From contig DDAD01000162.1 in NCBI GenBank assembly GCA_002333205.1, positions 72,605 to 112,818 of the forward strand: a stretch of 40,214 bases of DNA, written 5' to 3'. Both the position numbers and the translations under genes were made by a program. Below are positions 1 to 8,301 of the stretch, in pieces (position 1 is the first letter of the stretch; every line of letters begins with the position of its first letter). The notes under the pieces were generated by a model. It did not search any database and had not been told where the DNA came from. It worked only from the letters and a program-made list of their open reading frames with translations. Origin of the DNA: Pedobacter sp. UBA2067. Its GTDB lineage: Bacteria; Bacteroidota; Bacteroidia; Sphingobacteriales; Sphingobacteriaceae.

Positions 1-1309
1 CATTAAACAGGAACAGGTCTGTAAGCTGCAGAATATCGCTCGCCCGCTGACAGTTGCTGATGATAAAACGATGGCAGGCCAGTTCTCCATTGCTCTGCTG
101 GATCTGTTTAATCTCGGCGATGGTACTGATGGTGTCTACGGTTAGTGGATCAGCTTCTGTAGTGCGATCCAGGCAATAGGTGTACGCTTTGCGTAGTACA
201 CGGCTATCCTGACGGATATCCAGGGATGCGAAGTGACAACCATAAAGATTTACTTTGCGGATCAGGTCATCTACCACATCTACAAATAGTCCACCGTGCG
301 AGGTAATCAGCGTATTGCGGATCTCTTCCAACTGCTCAATTAAATCTTCATTGAGGTTCTCTGCTTCAATATTCGGATCGAAGGCATTTTTATACAGTAC
401 ATCCTGAATTCTGGCAATGGTATCTTCTACACCGCGGAAGGTAATGCGGCGCTTCAGATTCCTGAAATCCCGGTAATAACAACGGAAGAGTATTTGGCGA
501 AGCAGTTTGGAAACCTGCAATGTGGAGTCTGCATGTACATTCGGGTTTCCATCACGGTCGCCACCAGGCCAGAAGCCCAGCTCAATCACCTTCTTCGAAG
601 GGATATTGAACTCCGCCAGCGTTTCATCGATATCCTTTTGAATATTAGCTGCGGCAAAGTAGAACACATTTTCCATGAACCAGGCCAAACTCAGGGCCTC
701 ATCCACCGGTGTAGGCGACTTCTTGTTAAAGAATGGCGTCTTACCCAGCTGCTGCAGCAACTGATTGATGGTGGAGATATCATTCACCTTCAATGCGGAG
801 GTAAGATCGGTGATGATGGACAGCACGCTGCCCGGATAGAACTGGGTAGGGTGGGCGGTCAATACCAGTCGCAATGAAAATTCTTCGATCAACGACTCTA
901 CCTTATTTTGCAGCAACCTGTTGTCTATACCTTTAGACAAGTAGGAGTGCAGGGAACTTTGGTCATCCGGCGTATTCAGCTTATTAAAGGAGGCATCCTC
1001 CACAGCATCAAATAATACCACCTGACGTTCAATGTATTGAATAAATCGGAACAGCAAATCGATACCATCCTTGGTATCTTCGGTCTTGCTGAACTTTTTG
1101 AAAAAGCCATTAATAATTTCAGTAGGGTTTTGGTGTTCCTTCACACCATCCTCGCAATGTTTAATAAACAGCGGCAATAGCGTCCCGGTATCTTTGATCT
1201 TGTAAAAGGGAAGCGTAAGGAATAAGCTGTTATAAAGTTCAAATCTGGACACGACATCGTTCGAAAAAATTGCTTCTTTTTGTCCACTGATTTTTGGTTT
1301 ATAGGTCAT
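1..1309 (-). CDS. ppc: Phosphoenolpyruvate carboxylase, N-terminal part (C-terminus lies beyond the left edge)
   Basis: My own minus-strand translation from the ATG at 1309..1307 is open to position 1. It is missing from the ORF track because there is no stop in the window. It contains the PEPC signatures LVLTAHPTQFYPG and FWPGGDRDGNPNV. The + strand ORF 494..877 is its antisense shadow. Confidence 0.9.
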   Translation of the reverse strand, partial: MTYKPKISGQKEAIFSNDVVSRFELYNSLFLTLPFYKIKDTGTLLPLFIKHCEDGVKEHQNPTEIINGFFKKFSKTEDTKDGIDLLFRFIQYIERQVVLFDAVEDASFNKLNTPDDQSSLHSYLSKGIDNRLLQNKVESLIEEFSLRLVLTAHPTQFYPGSVLSIITDLTSALKVNDISTINQLLQQLGKTPFFNKKSPTPVDEALSLAWFMENVFYFAAANIQKDIDETLAEFNIPSKKVIELGFWPGGDRDGNPNVHADSTLQVSKLLRQILFRCYYRDFRNLKRRITFRGVEDTIARIQDVLYKNAFDPNIEAENLNEDLIEQLEEIRNTLITSHGGLFVDVVDDLIRKVNLYGCHFASLDIRQDSRVLRKAYTYCLDRTTEADPLTVDTISTIAEIKQIQQSNGELACHRFIISNCQRASDILQLTDLFLFN

Positions 1310-1504
1310 AGTTTTAGGTCATTAAGAGCCCTTAAGCTAAGGATTTTACGGTAAAATCGCCTAAAATGCTTCAACAAAAATTTTGACGAAATACTAAAAG
1401 TTATTATCTTGCTACCACAAGGTTATTAAATCTTACAACAAATAGTAGTTATGATGTCCGCAAGACCATCAGATTTATTGTGTTAATTGTTAATTTTTTG
1501 GGAA

Positions 1505-1537
1505 AAAAAGGCCGCTGTTTTCAGCGGCTTTTTTTTG
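1505..1537. terminator. Intrinsic-terminator-like hairpin with no annotated gene feeding it
   Basis: GCCGCTG (1511-1517) / CAGCGGC (1522-1528) with a TTTT loop. An A7 run lies on the left and a T9 run on the right, so it could act on either strand. It lies upstream of the ppc start, not downstream of any called CDS. Confidence 0.6.
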
Positions 1538-1855
1538 CTTAAAATTTCCTGTACGCAGCCTCAAACCTTGCTATCCAGCCCATTCATTTTAAGTAAAATT
1601 TCGTCCTTGTATTCCATCTTTCTTTGGTTTAAGTGGATACCAATTGCAGCTTCGCTGGGGTCAGGTTCGGGGTTTGTCAGGTGCAAACAAGGTGTTGGCA
1701 AGGCCTTCACAAGCCGTTGACAAGGCCAATGGCCAGGTAAACCCCTGCTTAAGTCCTGCTGAAGGGCAGGTCAGTATGCAACTTGCTCGCGGACTTCCGT
1801 GTATTTAGCCAGGGCATTACACTTGTAAATTGACAGAATTTAAAGATCTTTGGGC

Positions 1856-2137
1856 ATGAAAAAAATAGTACTGCTGTTATTTCTTTTTATGACGAGTAGT
1901 TATGTACATGCGCAGCAAAGACCTGCGGTAAAAAAGGCGTATACCATTCCACGGCAGAAGCTCATCAGCAAGGCCGTTAAAGAGGATTATCTCATTGTGG
2001 TGGATAATAGGATCTTTGATAACGACGATGCTGCCTTTGCAAAGGTGCCAAAAGATTCGCTCTTATTGATAAATACCATCAGGGATACCTTAACCACTTC
2101 AAACATTAAGACGATCCGCATTTATAAAAAGAAATAA
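1856..2137 (+). CDS. Small secreted hypothetical protein
   Basis: ORF track 1850..2137. The ATG at 1856 gives MKKIVLLLFLFMTSSYVHAQ, a typical signal peptide. A strong terminator follows. No family recognised. Confidence 0.55.
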   Translation: MKKIVLLLFLFMTSSYVHAQQRPAVKKAYTIPRQKLISKAVKEDYLIVVDNRIFDNDDAAFAKVPKDSLLLINTIRDTLTTSNIKTIRIYKKK

Positions 2138-2172
2138 AAAAAAAAGAGATAAGGTTACCTTATCTCTTTTTT
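2138..2172. terminator. Bidirectional intrinsic terminator between convergent genes
   Basis: Perfect 21-nt palindrome gagataaggttaccttatctc (2146-2166) flanked by an A-run and a T-run. It sits between the + gene ending at 2137 and the - gene ending at 2192. Confidence 0.75.
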
Positions 2173-2191
2173 CATTAACACCATTGTATGC

Positions 2192-3739
2192 TTAGTGAAC
2201 ATCAACGGGGATGTTCGCATTCTTTTTAAATTTCTGCAGGTAGAGCAGTGGGATGGAGCAAAGCATGATCATGCCCGCAATCCAGTACGCATCATTATAG
2301 GTAAGCAGCAACGTCTGCTTCACAATGGTACCTTCAAGTGCTTTTGTAGCCAGCATTTTCGCATCCATATAGCCGTATCCTTTACCCATGAAGTTATGAA
2401 TGAAGCCCTCGAAGCGTTCTGAGAACGCCGGGTTGTATTCGTTTACATTCGTCAGCAGGTTTGTTCTGTGGTAGCCCTGGCGTACGTGGATTAAGGTTGT
2501 TAATGCAGCGATACCAAAGGAACCACCCAGTTGGCGACTCATGTTGTTCAAACCTGATCCCTGTCCAATCTCTGCACCTTTTAAGTCCTGGATAGCAAGT
2601 GTGGTAAGTGGTACGAACAGTAGCGCCATACCGAAACCACGGATCACCAGTGGTAAAAAGAAATCGCCGGTTCCCGATTGAAGGGTTGACTTGCTCAGCA
2701 TCATACAAAATACGTAGAACATGAACATCCCAATGGTTGCCATAAACTGCGCAGGAATACCTTTCTTAAGCATGATCCCGATGAACGGCATCATCAGAAT
2801 GGTACACAATCCACCAGGGAATAAGAGCTCTCCGGTTTGTAGTGGAGAAAAGCCCAGTAGGTTCTGACAGAAAATCGGAAATACGAATACGGAACCATAT
2901 AGTCCAAATCCCAGGATAAAGGAGGTAAACATACCCACAGAGAAACTCCGGTGACGCATGATCTTAAAGTTCACGATCGGGTGGTCTGTAGTGGTTTCGC
3001 GCCAAATGAATAGCAGAACACCTACAACAGACATTACAGTTAACACAATGATGTATCCGGTTGAGAACCAGTCTTCACTTTCACCTTTCTCCAGTACCGT
3101 TTGTAAACTTCCGACAGACACAGCCAGCAGGATAATGCCCCACCAGTCGATCGGCATACCTTTTCCATCTTTTGGCGTACTTCGCACGAAGGTATAGGTG
3201 AGATAGGCGGCGAGAATCCCGACCGGGATGTTCACGTAGAAGATCCATGGCCAGGTACTGATATCAAGGATATAACCACCAATGGTTGGTCCTACGGTAG
3301 GTCCAACAACAGCACCCAGTCCGAATAACGCCGTAGCAATACCAATGTCCTCCCGAGGCCAGGTCTCAATTAAGATGGCCTGGGCTGTAGAGATCAGTCC
3401 ACCACCTGCAACACCTTGCAGGATACGGAACAAGATCAGCTCATCGAGGCCTGTTGCATTACCACACAAAAAGGAGGTAATGGTGAACATAATGATGGAG
3501 AATAAGAAGTAATTTTTTCGTCCGAAGCGTGAGCCGAGCCAGCCCGACATGGGCAGGATGATCACGTTCGCAACGGCATAACCAGTGGAGAGCCAGGCTA
3601 CGTCTTCGAGCGTGGCACCCAGGTTACCCTGTATCTGTGGAAGTGCTACGTTTACGATGGTTGTATCAATCAGCTCCAATAAGGAGGCTGTGATCACCGT
3701 AAACGTAATAATCCACTTTTTAAAACCTTTTTCGGCCAT
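2192..3739 (-). CDS. MFS drug efflux transporter, DHA2 (EmrB/QacA) family, 14-TMS type
   Basis: 515 aa. The N-terminus LELIDTTIVNVALPQIQGNLGATLEDVAWLSTGYAVANVIILPMSGWLGSRFGRKNYF is the typical DHA2 signature region. It is highly hydrophobic throughout and is the last gene of the TetR-TolC-HlyD-MFS operon. Confidence 0.9.
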   Translation of the reverse strand: MAEKGFKKWIITFTVITASLLELIDTTIVNVALPQIQGNLGATLEDVAWLSTGYAVANVIILPMSGWLGSRFGRKNYFLFSIIMFTITSFLCGNATGLDELILFRILQGVAGGGLISTAQAILIETWPREDIGIATALFGLGAVVGPTVGPTIGGYILDISTWPWIFYVNIPVGILAAYLTYTFVRSTPKDGKGMPIDWWGIILLAVSVGSLQTVLEKGESEDWFSTGYIIVLTVMSVVGVLLFIWRETTTDHPIVNFKIMRHRSFSVGMFTSFILGFGLYGSVFVFPIFCQNLLGFSPLQTGELLFPGGLCTILMMPFIGIMLKKGIPAQFMATIGMFMFYVFCMMLSKSTLQSGTGDFFLPLVIRGFGMALLFVPLTTLAIQDLKGAEIGQGSGLNNMSRQLGGSFGIAALTTLIHVRQGYHRTNLLTNVNEYNPAFSERFEGFIHNFMGKGYGYMDAKMLATKALEGTIVKQTLLLTYNDAYWIAGMIMLCSIPLLYLQKFKKNANIPVDVH

Positions 3740-3743
3740 TTTA

Positions 3744-4787
3744 TTAATCTTTTATGGAAACAGAAGCTTGTACACTCATACCAGGACGTAGTTTGTCCAT
3801 GATTTCTTTAGCGGCTTTTGTAATCTTGATTTTCACTGGAACACGTTGTACTACTTTCACGAAGTTACCAGTAGCATTATCCGGAGGTAACAGGGATCCT
3901 TTAGCACCAGTGATCGGAGAGAAGTTGTACACCTCGCCAATAACTTCCTGGTCAGGATAAGCGTCTACTTCAACGCGTACCTTCATTCCCGGTCTGATGT
4001 CTTCCAATTGTGTTTCTTTAAAGTTTGCAGTAACATAGATGCTGCCTTCATTTACGATAGAGAATAAAGACTGACCGGCTTGAACCAGTTGACCTTTTTG
4101 AATGTTCTTACGCGAAACGATACCAGTTGCAGGCGCTTTGATCTCGGTATAAGACAACTGTAGCTTTGCAAAGTCTACATCTGCCTGGCGCTGATTAACG
4201 CTGGAGCTGCTTACTGCAAGTTGTGACTGGGTAGTACCCACTTGTTTTACAACAGCATTGTACTGGTCTGTAGCTGCCTGGAATGCAGCTTCTGCAGATT
4301 CTTTCTGGGCTTTAGCCTGATCAAATTGTTGTTGGGTAATGGAACCGTCTTTTACCAGGTTTGCATAACGTTCATAGTCTTTCTGTGCAAGGTTTAATCT
4401 TACTCTTGCTTCGGTGATGTTGGCTTTAGCAGTGCTGGTATTTGCAGAAGAAGCTGCAATTTGAGCTTGTGACACACCTACACCGGCAGATGCACCTTTT
4501 TGGGTAGCAAGTGCTTGTTCCAGTTTCACTTTATAGTCCCGATCGTCCAGTCTTACTAAAACCTGACCTTCGGTAACACGCGTGTTTTCTTCGAAAAGGA
4601 TTTCGTTTACATAGCCGCCTACACGAGCAACAACGGGGCTGATATCGCCATCGATCTGCGCGTCATCTGTGTCTACGTGGGTACTATAATATAAGTACTC
4701 CTTTACGCCAAAAATGGCGCCTATAAGGATCAATACCCCTAAGATGATTGGTACGATCTTGTTTTTCTTTTTTACTTCAGTTGTCAT
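3744..4787 (-). CDS. HlyD/EmrA-family membrane fusion (periplasmic adaptor) protein
   Basis: 347 aa. It has one N-terminal TM helix, a long A/Q-rich coiled coil and a C-terminal beta-barrel region (GMKVRVEVDAY...). A 4-nt gap separates it from the downstream MFS gene. Confidence 0.9.
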   Translation of the reverse strand: MTTEVKKKNKIVPIILGVLILIGAIFGVKEYLYYSTHVDTDDAQIDGDISPVVARVGGYVNEILFEENTRVTEGQVLVRLDDRDYKVKLEQALATQKGASAGVGVSQAQIAASSANTSTAKANITEARVRLNLAQKDYERYANLVKDGSITQQQFDQAKAQKESAEAAFQAATDQYNAVVKQVGTTQSQLAVSSSSVNQRQADVDFAKLQLSYTEIKAPATGIVSRKNIQKGQLVQAGQSLFSIVNEGSIYVTANFKETQLEDIRPGMKVRVEVDAYPDQEVIGEVYNFSPITGAKGSLLPPDNATGNFVKVVQRVPVKIKITKAAKEIMDKLRPGMSVQASVSIKD

Positions 4788-4804
4788 GTTAGTGGTTGTA
4801 TGAT

Positions 4805-6121
4805 TTATTGAGAAATTTTTCCGGTTGCGTTTAGTAAAGTATAGTAAGCCAGTCCTGCATCGGCTTTAGCGATTTCCAGGTTGATCTTACTTTGATATAG
4901 TAAGGTTTCAGCATCGATACGGTCGATTGCGGAAGCCACGTTGTTTCTGTATTTGGATTCCAGTAAGCGGTCGTTTTCAGAAGCCTGCTGAATAGAAGTT
5001 TCCAGAACTTTAATCCTGGCCAATGCCAGTTGGTAATCCTGGTAGTTCTTGTTGATTTCGGTTTTCACCTGATCCAATTGCAGGTCTTTGGTTAGGGTTA
5101 CCTCTTTCTGCTGAATCCTTGCTTCACTCACCTTGTTTTTATTGTTCCAGAGTGCGCCGATGTTCCAGGAAACATTCGCGCCTACAGTCATTGGTACGAT
5201 ATACTGGTTAGCCGGTGGGATGAATTTGCCGCTTGGATTTACATAGTACAGGTTCGCGCCTACGCCCACAGTAGGCAAGACATTCGCTTTCACATTTTTA
5301 ATGTTAAGTTCAGCAACCTGGTTCTGCAGGTCAAGGGAACGAAGTTCCTGGCGATTGGCAAGACCCATTTCCAGGTAAGCATCCAGGTTCTGCGGGGTAG
5401 CCAGTGTCTCATCTGGATTGGCAATCTCTAACTCCGTCTGCTCGGGTAAACCTAGAAGTACATCCAGGTTATAGTTGATCACTTTACGGTTGTTTTCCGC
5501 TTCCATTTGGGAAAGGGTCACGTTAGCTTGTTGCAGCTGGAACCTTAACACGTCGTTTTTGGTAACAATGCCTTGTTCAAAAAAGCGCTGCGCTTGCTTT
5601 AGCTGACCGGCAATTGCTTCCAGGTTTTGGGCAATTACCTTTTTGCTTTGGGTAATCTTGTGTAAAGCATAGTAGGTATTGATTACCGCATAACTTACAT
5701 CTTTAGCACTTTTATCGGCATCCAGTTAAGCAACTTCTGTTAGCAGACGGGTAGATTCTTCTGCAAGGCGGAATTTACCACCACCGTAAACCAGTTCCTG
5801 TACTGCTGCAGTACCGATAAAGGCATCAGAACGTTTTGGCAGGCGCAGTGGGTCCGTGCCACCAAAGTCGAATGTGCTGGTTGGAATTTCGGCATGGTTG
5901 TAGGCAAATGAAGCACTTGCCGAAGGCAGTTTCTCGTCTTTTACGGTTTTAAGCTGCGCCACGGCACGGTCTATTCTGTTCTGGGAAAGCTTTAGATTCT
6001 TGCTGTTCTCCAATCCCAGTTGTACCGCCTCCGGCAAGCTCAGCTTACGCACGTTTTGTGCATACAGCATTCCGGGCAGCAGCAAAGCTAGCATGCTTAG
6101 TTTAAAGGTGTTCTTTATCAT
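4805..6121 (-). pseudogene. TolC-family outer membrane efflux protein interrupted by a single in-frame TAA
   Basis: Track ORFs 5726..6121 (signal peptide plus first TolC repeat) and 4805..5551 (rest) are in the same frame. My translation of the 174 nt between them (LDADKSAKDVSYAVINTYYALHKITQSKKVIAQNLEAIAGQLKQAQRFFEQGIVTKNDVLRFQ) is continuous TolC-like sequence. The only break is TAA at 5728..5726. Confidence 0.8.
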
Positions 6122-6738
6122 TTTTGGGGTGTTAAATACGTTGTTATTAAATCTTTCAGGTAGGCAATCAGTCGTTCCGTCAATATCTCGCGGTCTGCAG
6201 GAATCTTGATGTCCAGTTTAGAACCTGCGGTAACCTTCGAAGGGGCCGTAGCCACGTTGGTGATGGTACCCATGATGGTTGCAATGAGCATGCGGACATC
6301 CACAGGGCGGAACTGCGCCTTAGCGATACCTTCATTGATGATGCGTTCAATAGCCATCAGGTTTTTGCTCATGGCCTCCTTAAGCTTGTCGTACATTTCT
6401 GGCCGCTGCGTTAAGGATAGCTCCCGGTGCATCATTTTATGGAAGGAAATGTTACCAAGAATTCTGCGGGCATACTGATCAACAACCATGGTCAGCTTTT
6501 CCAGCTGACTTAAGTCCTCTGCTTCTATGCTGCTCAGTGCCAGGCTGAAACCGTTGATCCGGTTAGACATGATTTCCATGAACACACCTTCTTTGGAGCC
6601 AAAGTAGTAGTTGATCATGGACATGTTGGCACCTGCTTCATTGGCGATTTGCCGGGTGGAGGTACCTTCATAACCCTGAGAGGCAAACAGCTTTTCAGCA
6701 GCATTGAGGATACTGGTTCGTTTATCTGTTTTTTCCAT
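6118..6738 (-). CDS. TetR/AcrR-family transcriptional repressor
   Basis: N-terminal HTH ILNAAEKLFASQGYEGTSTRQIANEAGANMSMINYYFGSKEGVF. Its stop overlaps the TolC start (ATGA at 6118-6121). I prefer the ATG at 6738 over the track TTG at 6756, because that TTG lies inside the putative -7 box. Confidence 0.85.
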   Translation of the reverse strand: MEKTDKRTSILNAAEKLFASQGYEGTSTRQIANEAGANMSMINYYFGSKEGVFMEIMSNRINGFSLALSSIEAEDLSQLEKLTMVVDQYARRILGNISFHKMMHRELSLTQRPEMYDKLKEAMSKNLMAIERIINEGIAKAQFRPVDVRMLIATIMGTITNVATAPSKVTAGSKLDIKIPADREILTERLIAYLKDLITTYLTPQK

Positions 6739-6753
6739 TTCTTTATTGCGGGG

Positions 6754-6781
6754 CAAAACTAATCAATCGTTTGATTGATTA
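6754..6781 (-). promoter_or_regulatory. Putative TetR operator palindrome overlapping a TAnnTTTG -7 box
   Basis: TAATCAATC-gttt-GATTGATTA is a perfect 9-bp inverted repeat (6760-6781). Minus-strand TAGTTTTG (6761..6754) matches the Bacteroidetes -7 consensus and lies about 16 nt upstream of the ATG at 6738. Confidence 0.5.
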
Positions 6782-6929
6782 AAAGTGTTTCATGAAAATA
6801 AATGACAGATTACCTGAGTTTGACAGACGTTTTAAGATGGGAGGTATGCTGCGGAATAAAAGCTGGTAGCTGTAAACAGAAAGGGAATGAGTTTGTTAAG
6901 GAAAGTAAATACTTTTTAAAATAATTCGA

Positions 6930-6937
6930 TACCTTTG
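6930..6937 (+). promoter_or_regulatory. Candidate Bacteroidetes -7 promoter box
   Basis: TACCTTTG is an exact TAnnTTTG match, 14 nt upstream of the ATG at 6952. Confidence 0.35.
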
Positions 6938-6951
6938 AAGCATTAGCATTT

Positions 6952-7140
6952 ATGAATATGAATACAGAAGAAAGCACACAGAGTTTTGATTGGGTTTATT
7001 ATGTATTAGGGATCGTTGCCGGAATCCTTATTGCAGCAGCCGCTACAGGAAGTTTCTTATCGTCGATTTTAGGCGGTATAATTGGTTTGATTATCTCGGC
7101 TTTATTCTTGAATAAGATCGTTAAAGGTCGCACCTACTAA
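6952..7140 (+). CDS. Small two-TM membrane protein, hypothetical
   Basis: 62 aa with two G/A/I-rich hydrophobic segments (VLGIVAGILIAAAATG, ILGGIIGLIISALFL) and a candidate promoter just upstream. Confidence 0.5.
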   Translation: MNMNTEESTQSFDWVYYVLGIVAGILIAAAATGSFLSSILGGIIGLIISALFLNKIVKGRTY

Positions 7141-7166
7141 CCAGTATTTTTAGCTAACCAAATATT

Positions 7167-7730
7167 ATGAGAAGATTAAGTTTAATGCTTGTATTTGCAT
7201 TGTTTGCAATTACAGCTAGTGCACAGGAACTAAAGTTCCCGGGGCTGGATCCAAGTCCGGTAGACCTGGCTTACTTTCCGGCAAGAGCTACACAGATGGC
7301 GAAAAAAGGTGCTGAATCTGCTGCACTGATCAAAGTGACCTACGCTCGTCCTGCGAAAAAAGGACGTGAGATCTTTGGTGCTTTGGAAAAATTCGGAGCT
7401 GTTTACCGTCTGGGTGCCAATGAAAGTACAGAGATTAAATTTTATAAACCCGTAGTAATTGGTGGTAAAACCATCCCTGCAGGAAGTTATAGCTTGTTCG
7501 CTATCCCGAACAAAGACAACTGGACGATCATCGTGAATAAGGATACCGACAGATGGGGTGCTTATTCGTATGATGAGACCAAGGATGTAGCAAGGGTAGA
7601 AGTTCCAGTTAAACCTTTAACTGAACCTGTTGAAAATCTGGCTATGGTATTTACAGGTACCGGAAACGATGCAGTGTTAAACATCGGCTGGGATAACACC
7701 AGTGTAGCATTGCCGATTCAGGTACAATAA
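7167..7730 (+). CDS. DUF2911-like secreted protein
   Basis: Signal peptide MRRLSLMLVFALFAITASAQ. The pattern VTYARPAKKGREIFG...VYRLGANESTEIKF...GGKTIPAGSYSLFAIPNKDNWTIIVNK is characteristic of the DUF2911 family. Confidence 0.8.
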   Translation: MRRLSLMLVFALFAITASAQELKFPGLDPSPVDLAYFPARATQMAKKGAESAALIKVTYARPAKKGREIFGALEKFGAVYRLGANESTEIKFYKPVVIGGKTIPAGSYSLFAIPNKDNWTIIVNKDTDRWGAYSYDETKDVARVEVPVKPLTEPVENLAMVFTGTGNDAVLNIGWDNTSVALPIQVQ

Positions 7731-7761
7731 CCAAAAGACATTGTCCTTAGAAGGACCATTG

Positions 7762-7805
7762 AAAAAGAAAAGCCGCTTAGTTAAGATTGAGCGGCTTTTC
7801 TTTTT
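7762..7805. terminator. Bidirectional intrinsic terminator
   Basis: AAAAGCCGCT (7768-7777) / AGCGGCTTTT (7790-7799), flanked by an A-run and a T-run, between convergent genes ending at 7730 (+) and 7807 (-). Confidence 0.7.
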
Positions 7806-7806
7806 G

Positions 7807-8301
7807 CTATGAATGTGCTGGCTTGTGCATCTTTCTTCTGATCAGGCGATCCAGGTACAGGAGCGCCAGGGCAAGGTCTACCATCAGAAAGATCTTCATG
7901 GACACTGGGCTGAGCAATTGGCTCAGATCCATTCTAATGCTTGCGGTTGGCATCTTAAACTCGCTTCCACTAGGGGTACTGTTTGCCAGAACATAAAAGA
8001 ATATAGCCGCAATGGAGAGGATAAAGAATGCGGCAATACTGTAAATGATCTTGCTATTGACTTTCGTGGTTAGCTTTTTTGGCGCGATTTCCAGCGCTAC
8101 TGCCTCCATGACATTCCTGCTGAAAGACATGGAAGGTTCTTCCAGTTCGTCTGCAGCCATCATGGCATTCAGCTTCAGTAGTTCCTGGTAGCTGCTGGCA
8201 TAACGGTCGTCTGTGGCGATTTTCGCTGCGATGCGATCGCTTTCCGCAGCATCACAGCTACCGTCTATATAATCCCAGATTTCTTCGTCTATTGTTTTCA
8301 T
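7807..8301 (-). CDS. Putative anti-sigma factor (membrane-anchored)
   Basis: 164 aa with a 4-nt overlap with the upstream ECF sigma gene. N-terminal EEIWDYIDGSCDAAESDRIAAKI resembles an anti-sigma N-terminal domain, followed by hydrophobic helices. The call rests largely on context. Confidence 0.6.
   Translation of the reverse strand: MKTIDEEIWDYIDGSCDAAESDRIAAKIATDDRYASSYQELLKLNAMMAADELEEPSMSFSRNVMEAVALEIAPKKLTTKVNSKIIYSIAAFFILSIAAIFFYVLANSTPSGSEFKMPTASIRMDLSQLLSPVSMKIFLMVDLALALLYLDRLIRRKMHKPAHS

Noticed and set aside
494-877. 127-aa + strand ORF, and many similar 60-190-aa ORFs antisense to large genes (for example 2195..2422, 2394..2708, 10398..10775, 10782..11288, 16536..16889, 17910..18314, 28308..28739, 35584..36153).
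   Set aside because: Each lies wholly inside a longer ORF on the opposite strand or in another frame that has clear family motifs. Their translations are low-complexity or Cys/Arg/Ser-rich shadow-ORF sequence with no recognisable domains.
1487-1720. 77-aa + strand ORF in the ppc-upstream spacer.
   Set aside because: It reads straight through the terminator hairpin at 1511-1528, starts at a non-ATG codon, and its translation shows no recognisable family motif and no clear signal peptide. It is more likely non-coding; see the finding on this region.
1789-1800. Minus-strand ACGGAAGTCCG, reminiscent of the GGAAAGUCCGG core of RNase P RNA.
   Set aside because: It is only a short partial match. 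The available non-coding stretch (about 300 nt) lacks the other conserved RNase P blocks I can recall. I also could not recognise tmRNA, SRP RNA, 6S or riboswitch signatures. I left it as an unclassified candidate only.
5549-5551. GTG at 5551 as a genuine start of a separate 248-aa outer-membrane protein gene.
   Set aside because: The 58 codons upstream are in frame and clearly TolC-like. A product starting here would lack a signal peptide and the first half of the TolC repeat architecture.
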